Positions 60,089 through 64,000 of a DNA stretch of 64,000 nucleotides are shown here, in pieces. The notes under the pieces are model-generated. The model worked only from the letters and a program-made list of their open reading frames with translations. It was not told the DNA's origin and did no database searches. Origin of the DNA: Batkoa obscura (Eukaryota). The position numbers and the translations under genes were made by a program. The DNA is taken from the NCBI GenBank assembly GCA_030770535.1, contig JASVEC010000014.1, forward strand, positions 930,001 through 994,000. Reading direction: 5' to 3'. Position 1 is the stretch's first letter. Each line of letters starts with the position of its first letter.

Positions 60089-62598
60089 TTTTTTGACTCG
60101 TTATCGGAGTCGACAAACTTCTCAGTATCATCGCCTTCAGTATCGTTATAATTGAGGTGATTTATTTGTTTATTTTTATTGAAACGTTCATTGTTGCGAA
60201 CATTCTTTTCGAAATAATATTTAAAAATACCATTTTCTGGCTTTGGTTCAGTGCAGTTAACGGTAATGTGTCCATATTCACCACAGTTCCAGCATCCAGT
60301 AAATACTCGAGATTTACGATGGTTGGAGTAGTGTTGTTGAGTGATGGTAAAACAATGAAGGTATTCGTTGTTGTCCATCCCTTTATCTATGTGATTAACA
60401 TATAATTTCTTGGGTCTAACTTCACTTTTTGGACTTCCAAGGTATAATTCTAAAATCTCTATCATCTGTGTAACGTTGGTGATGTTATGGTGAGGATCTA
60501 GAAAAAGGCATGCGATATGACTTGGAAGGTTTCGCTGGAAGGCCAGGCGGAGGTCTGTAACGCTTAACTTTCCACAGGAAATTAAGGCATTAGCACGATT
60601 TCTTACGTTTGTAATGAAACTCTCAAGTTTATTTTCGTCGTCTAAACGTAAAGATAAGAGGGCTGCCTTTTTTGCTTCCATTTTTACATCGGAATCATAA
60701 TGGTCTATAAACGCCTTTTTGAAGGAATCCCAATTACTGCGTAAGTCGTCAGGTAAAGTCATGCACCAAGAAAGTTCATTTGTTTGTAGTTGACCTAAAA
60801 GGCATTGAGGACGACATTCATAGGTCCAGTTGTTAGCATCGAGATGAACTTCTAGAGCTTTAATGAAGGTAGTAGCAGTAATTTCACTTGGATTGAATAA
60901 AAGACTAAAATTAAACTTTGTGTTAACAGGTTGGGAGCTTCTTGGGTAGTTGTGGCGGTGTGTTGAGAAGCTATGTGATTTTGGATCGTTACCAGAAGGT
61001 CCAGGATGACTAAAATAAGCGTCATGGGTATTGTGTGATATACCATGATCATGTTGAACAGTAATCGGATCGGCTTGTACGTAGTGAGGTGAAGATTTCT
61101 CATAGGGTATATGTTGAGCGATTTGAGGGGCAATATGTGATGACTTATTTTTGTTAAAAGGATTGGCTAGGTTGACTTCAGCATAAGATTGTACACGAGG
61201 TCGTATTGGATCAGCGTTAGATCCTGTAGCAGGATTTCTTGAGTAAATACCATCAGTAGGTACAGCAGTCATTCTAGGATTTGATTGGGGTAGGTATGTG
61301 GAAACTTGGGGAGAGTTCTCTTCTTTCTTTGTTTGATCATCCGGTTGTACCAAGTGAACAGACCCATGATACTTATGGTTTATTTGATATTCAGTACCAA
61401 AGATAGATTCTGTGGCACTATCACCCAGATCATACATATTGTATCTTGGAACGTCTCTGTAACTCGAGAGTCTGGAGGGAGGTGCTGAAACAGCAATACG
61501 CTCCTTTCTACAATTGCAAGAAGATGCCTTGATTTGGTTAGTATTTGAAGCTACCTTAGTCTGAAGAAGAATGAGCTCTTCTCTGGTACTCTGTATGTTA
61601 CGCGAGATTTCCTCCCAGTCAACTACTGTTTGTTCTTTGTCCAGTCTAATTTGTTCCTTCAAATTATTATTGGAGGTGATAAGCTGGCTAATGGTAGTCA
61701 CTTGTTGAGCCATTTGTTCATTACAAACAGCTAAATCTTGTTCTAAAGCCAAGATTCTAGCATCTTTGGTTGAAGTAGATGGAGGGGATTGTTCAATACA
61801 GGATAAGCGGTGATTATACTCTTTGAATTTATTCATTAGCGATCTGTGGAGTTCTGCGAAAGTGGCTTTTGTTTTTCCGTCAATATCTGAGATTCTTTCA
61901 GTAGTATGGTCATTGATCTCAGTGAGGGAAAGGTTGATCTCATCGGAGATTTTAACAAGTTCAGAATGTAGAGCAGTATCGAGCTGACGTAATTCAGCTT
62001 TGAGATCTCCTACTTCTCTTACTAACTCTCTGTGGGCTTCATAGGTAACGGTGTTATTGAGTCTTTGATTGAGCTCATTTAACTTACTAACATGGAGTTC
62101 ATTTGAAGGGGCGATGACACCACTCTTTTGGTTACTGATCATGGAAAGGTTGTTAACCGTAGCTAAAAGTGAGCTTAAAGAGGTAGACAATTCATTGTTA
62201 TGAATTGAAAGACGGTCGAGTTCACCAACCATCTGGATGAGTTTGTTGTGCAGGAACTCTACTAGATATTGTTGAACGTGGGAAAGGGTAGGTACCGTTT
62301 GGTACTGGGCACGAAAATTGATTTGAGTACTGGAGCCACTATTTTGGTATTGTCTCCAAGCGGAGAGGTCACCATCAAGGACGTGCATAGGGACAGCTCC
62401 GTAGGTAACGACTGAGTTTACAACGTGAGGAGGTAGTGCAGCTTGATTTAAAGCAGCAGTTTCTATTTCTGGGGTCAGAACACTAGCTTCCTCTTCATCA
62501 CTACTACCCATGTCGTATTCAGTGATGATCAACTGTTGACGGTTATCAAGAAGGTATTTTGAGTCCGCAAAATAAGGTACAAGACCATTGTCGACCAT
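60082..62598 (-). CDS. gag: Gag (838 aa): long N-terminal coiled coil, capsid-like region, CCHC zinc knuckle
   Basis: CWNCGEYGHITVNC and WDSFKKAFIDHY; located between the 5' LTR/PBS and pol. Confidence 0.92.
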   Translation of the reverse strand: MVDNGLVPYFADSKYLLDNRQQLIITEYDMGSSDEEEASVLTPEIETAALNQAALPPHVVNSVVTYGAVPMHVLDGDLSAWRQYQNSGSSTQINFRAQYQTVPTLSHVQQYLVEFLHNKLIQMVGELDRLSIHNNELSTSLSSLLATVNNLSMISNQKSGVIAPSNELHVSKLNELNQRLNNTVTYEAHRELVREVGDLKAELRQLDTALHSELVKISDEINLSLTEINDHTTERISDIDGKTKATFAELHRSLMNKFKEYNHRLSCIEQSPPSTSTKDARILALEQDLAVCNEQMAQQVTTISQLITSNNNLKEQIRLDKEQTVVDWEEISRNIQSTREELILLQTKVASNTNQIKASSCNCRKERIAVSAPPSRLSSYRDVPRYNMYDLGDSATESIFGTEYQINHKYHGSVHLVQPDDQTKKEENSPQVSTYLPQSNPRMTAVPTDGIYSRNPATGSNADPIRPRVQSYAEVNLANPFNKNKSSHIAPQIAQHIPYEKSSPHYVQADPITVQHDHGISHNTHDAYFSHPGPSGNDPKSHSFSTHRHNYPRSSQPVNTKFNFSLLFNPSEITATTFIKALEVHLDANNWTYECRPQCLLGQLQTNELSWCMTLPDDLRSNWDSFKKAFIDHYDSDVKMEAKKAALLSLRLDDENKLESFITNVRNRANALISCGKLSVTDLRLAFQRNLPSHIACLFLDPHHNITNVTQMIEILELYLGSPKSEVRPKKLYVNHIDKGMDNNEYLHCFTITQQHYSNHRKSRVFTGCWNCGEYGHITVNCTEPKPENGIFKYYFEKNVRNNERFNKNKQINHLNYNDTEGDDTEKFVDSDNESKNF

Positions 62599-62707
62599 AG
62601 TTGAGAATTAAGGAGGTTAAGGGGGTTTTTCTTTGTTTGGGGTGGTTACGCGGTAAGGACCGTAAAGGAAAGATTATAAAGGCTATCTAAAATAGTTATA
62701 AGAGCTT

Positions 62708-62725
62708 TCCCAGTTATGAGCGCCA
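62708..62725 (-). other. Primer binding site TGGCGCTCATAACTGGGA
   Basis: Begins TGG, 2 nt inside the 5' LTR boundary. Its complement fits a tRNA 3' end with G73 discriminator and acceptor strand TATGAGC; the tRNA identity (possibly Arg) is unverified. Confidence 0.75.
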
Positions 62726-62727
62726 AA

Positions 62728-63127
62728 TGTGAAATCTGGTACTCAGGGTTTGGAGTCAAGAACAGCTATTGCTGGGTTGACTACACTATAAGTCAAAAGG
62801 TCTTAGTTTATGTGACTAAGATAGACTTGGGTTATGAGGAATAGCACGTAATAGGTTACAAGCTATATAAGACAAATAGAATAGACAATACTAATGTAAA
62901 ATCTATGTAAAATACTATTAAGAAAACTTAGTGGCTTTATTAAATGTTCGAGATATCAGGGATTAATTCAGTTAAAAAGCCTCGAACTATTATATTCTGT
63001 AAACTCTTTTATACTCTGAAAAGTATAAGTATCAAAATGAGAAGATAATATTCTTTTGGGTGGAACTAGAAATTCTCATAACAAATCAAAATAATTAACC
63101 ATGGGACTGACAAAGCGATATTTCACA
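62728..63127 (-). repeat. 5' LTR
   Basis: 400 bp, TG...CA. Confidence 0.97.
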
Positions 63128-63419
63128 GATATTACTTAAATCATTAATAGCTAAGTTAATAAATAGCCAAAGGACAAGTAATTGCAATAATAAATAAAAA
63201 CTACTGTTGTATTGCTTGTATTATATAAGGATAGCTAATTATAGTTTTAAGGCTAACCACTCCCTCCCATGCAGCTATTTATTAACTTAATGACATATCA
63301 TTAACATAATTATAATATCAGAACTATTTATTTGATAATAAATTTACAATGTTGGTTATAGAGCAATCAATAATAAGTATTTCCCAATGAGGTTTTATAG
63401 GAATATGTATTTATTATAT

Positions 63420-63517
63420 GGGGATGTATTTTTGTATTTAAGAATTTTACTAATAATTTTTCCACTCAAATAGTGCTCAAAAGATAGAAAAAGTGATGAA
63501 GCCAAAAAAACATCACC
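63420..63517 (+). mobile_element. MITE copy 18, inside Sola2-like copy B
   Basis: ATAT TSD; absent at the homologous site of copy A (~6190). Confidence 0.9.
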
Positions 63518-63551
63518 ATATACTATAACTTTGGTTAATATTAATATATAT

Positions 63552-64000
63552 GGGGCTGTCCTAATTGGTTTCAGAATCTACTTAGAAATTAATCCAAATT
63601 TAAAATTCCAAGTTTGTGTTCAATATAACGGTTAAATCTAAAAAGCCTAAAATTAAATGTCTCTATTTAAAACTTATTTTAATTGTTTCCTTTTCTTAAA
63701 TAGCTAATTTTCCTAACTATATATTTTATGTTAGTTCTGTTAGATATTTAACAGATATATAATATATAACTATATGATTATATAATTATATAAATACATA
63801 ATTATATAAACACAGTTATTTGACTTTATTTGACTTTATTTTTTGTTGAAATAAAAATAAAATGCAAACTTTCATAACTAAACTTCGAAATGGAATTTTT
63901 GAAAACTTCAATACAATAGGGAGGAGTACACAATATAAACATTGTAATTCATTTACATCAATTTTAAGAGCTACTTATAACAACCCAAGGTTCATGGAAT
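63552..64000 (+). mobile_element. 5' end of Sola2-like transposon copy C (runs off the window); transposase ATG at 63862
   Basis: ATAT|GGGGCTGTCCTAATTGG matches the copy A terminus. MQTFITKLRNGIFENFNTIGRSTQYKHCNSFTSILRATYNNPRFME is open to the window end. Confidence 0.85.

Larger units (their letters stand above)
55575..63127 (-). mobile_element. Full-length Ty3/Gypsy LTR retrotransposon (7553 bp)
   Basis: Two 400-bp LTRs with TG...CA ends, 4-bp TSD GATA (55571-55574 and 63128-63131), PBS, PPT, and intact gag and pol in PR-RT-RH-IN order. Confidence 0.98.
54683..63551 (+). mobile_element. Degenerate Sola2-like transposon, copy B (5'-truncated), split by the Ty3/Gypsy element and two MITEs
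   Basis: Reads ...ILNYGSVYTGDCL...KINI*RDTRNHFRSQEFLHYM[MITE]FKQ...VEHHGKSIVDRHFGNLSKW. 55280-55574 plus 63132-63550 are colinear with the reverse complement of ~6150-6770. Confidence 0.8.

Noticed and set aside
56259..61488. Antisense or overlapping ORFs inside gag-pol, including a possible env or extra gene
   Set aside because: Short shadow ORFs without motifs. Only ~100 bp separate the pol stop from the 3' LTR.
5560..63517. Dispersed ~100-bp repeats as a CRISPR-like array or tRNA-derived SINE
   Set aside because: They occur in both orientations with irregular spacing, TIRs and 4-bp TSDs. There is no A/B box, poly-A tail or cas gene.

Overview
Very AT-rich eukaryotic (fungal) DNA with many short GT-AG introns. 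Zn(II)2Cys6 genes together with an ER HSP90 (GRP94) suggest an early-diverging fungus, possibly Zoopagomycota; this taxonomy is inference only. Three layers are present. (1) Housekeeping genes: HYPK-like, MPDU1, TAP42/IGBP1, RAV1, GRP94, ATG2, a signal-peptide cyclophilin, plus a small secreted Cys-containing protein. (2) An array of 10 intronless ~540-aa Zn2Cys6 transcription-factor paralogs: 5 intact, 1 with a single early frameshift, 4 decayed. Two dead copies ~20 kb apart share a ~1.59-kb near-identical inverted tract that flanks the RAV1-GRP94-ATG2 block. (3) A nested mobile-element system: three copies of a Sola2-like DDD DNA transposon, 18 copies of its ~98-bp MITE (4-bp AWWT TSD), and a young intact Ty3/Gypsy element with two related solo LTRs. 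The Ty3/Gypsy element has apparently identical 400-bp LTRs, a -1 frameshift signal and a degenerate dUTPase-like domain. All three LTR insertions sit in or against Sola2-like copies. All comparisons were made by eye, so exon boundaries and identities are approximate.
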